DNA of 64,000 bases. It comes from Squalus acanthias. Its lineage: Eukaryota. The notes beneath the pieces are model-generated. The model did not search any database. It was given only the letters and a program-made list of their open reading frames with translations, and had not been told where the DNA came from. Of the stretch, positions 62,900-64,000 are shown piece by piece. The translations under genes were made by a program, and so were the position numbers. The stretch lies in contig CM059432.1 of assembly GCA_030390025.1 (NCBI GenBank), forward strand, positions 24,740,001-24,804,000, in the 5' to 3' direction. Position 1 is the first letter of the stretch. Each line of letters starts with the position of its first letter.

Positions 62900-64000
62900 G
62901 GCCGTGATTTTACTAACCTCGGCGGGTCCATGGCGGGCGACGTCAGTGACGGGTCCCGACCCCGCTGCTGTCTTCATCACGGCCTCTGAAATGAATTTCC
63001 CCTGATTGGACTTGTAAAGCCAGCACAGCGCATTTGCCGGCCAATTAGAGGAAGCGGGTCTGGTGACGTCATTTGATGACGCGCCATCAGCCAGTTTCCT
63101 TAAAGGGACCATGCCCAAATTTAGTTTGACATTTGTGCTGTCAGTGTTCTACAGCATTGAGGTGCTGCAAACACTGACAAGCACTGCACAAAGGTGCAGG
63201 GCTGCACCCAGGCTCTCCCATGACTCCCTCCATATGCTTATGCTTATGGAGGGAGTCACAGCATGCAGGGAGGTCCTCTTCTCTTTCCATGGGTGGAAGA
63301 GACCTCCCCAGGAGATCTACACAGCCTGGTTGCACATTACAGAGGAGGGCACAAGCAAGGATGTGGTCAGGAGGACCTGGGTGCAGTGCCACAAACGTTT
63401 CAATGATCTCTGTAGATCACGAAACATCAGTACAAAGCCACACTCACCTTCATCCTGCTGTGCCTCTCATCACATCCCCATCACTCTGCCTTCCCTACCC
63501 TACTCCAGCACATCCTTACTCACATCAACTTACCTCCACCCATCCCTTTCTATCTACATTATCACATCCCCATCTCACTAGCCACCCCTCAAACTCACCC
63601 TCATCCTAGTTCAATCATACCAACTAACAACACACATGGGTAGGCACTTGGGTGTTTTATGCAATGTTCATGTAAAGTTTCTGTTAATGTGGTGTCAAAC
63701 ATTAAAACCTTTATTTTCAACACTTTGCGTTCTTGGACAGATTTGTGTGTACCTTTGGAAGTGGCTTAGTGAGTTGCAGTGAATGGTGAGACATAACAGT
63801 ACCCCCTGCAATGGTGATGAGTGTGAAAGGAATGGCTTGAGCATTGTAGGGATGCTTTATGGTGTTGGTTGGGTTGGTGCCAACCTGGCGCATCATGTGG
63901 CAGCCAGGGTGTGCAGCTTCAAGTAAAGTAAATCTGGCCTCCCGGGCAGCAATGTGGTCGGGTGCTGATGCCCTCTGTCCTGTGCAGCATCAGGTGATTG
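62900..64000 (+). mobile_element. Non-autonomous Harbinger with Myb/SANT ORF (copy 5, runs off the window)
   Basis: TIR GGCCGTGATTTT. ORF 63063-63581 has PRLSHDSL...WLHITEE...RTWVQCHKRFNDL, the best match here to the Myb/SANT-like RTxxQCxKRWxDL motif. Confidence 0.88.

Overview
This is vertebrate genomic DNA, almost certainly from a cartilaginous fish (inferred from its SacSINE1-like Deu-SINEs and shark-type CR1/L2 LINEs). I could not confidently recognise any host-gene exon, so it reads as intronic or intergenic and is dominated by nested transposable elements. Retroelements: CR1 LINEs (one with an uninterrupted ~547-codon RT ORF, one near full length with SGNH-esterase ORF1, APE endonuclease and RT), L2 and RTE fragments, and about 10 Deu-SINE copies. 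DNA transposons: a dense PIF/Harbinger population made up of a decayed transposase/Myb element, five copies of a deletion family that keeps the Myb/SANT domain but has lost the DDE core, and many GG(G/C)...CC-ended MITEs with 3-bp TSDs. The most notable signals are (i) four minimal type-I hammerhead-ribozyme motifs in two Penelope-type short repeat families, one of them a 160-bp insert with an exact 13-bp TSD; (ii) the Myb-retaining Harbinger family with a CRE/CCAAT promoter-like block; (iii) a MITE hairpin with compensatory substitutions; and (iv) several junctions that reveal insertion mechanisms. Family names come from motif recognition, not database searches, and the boundaries of degenerate copies are approximate.
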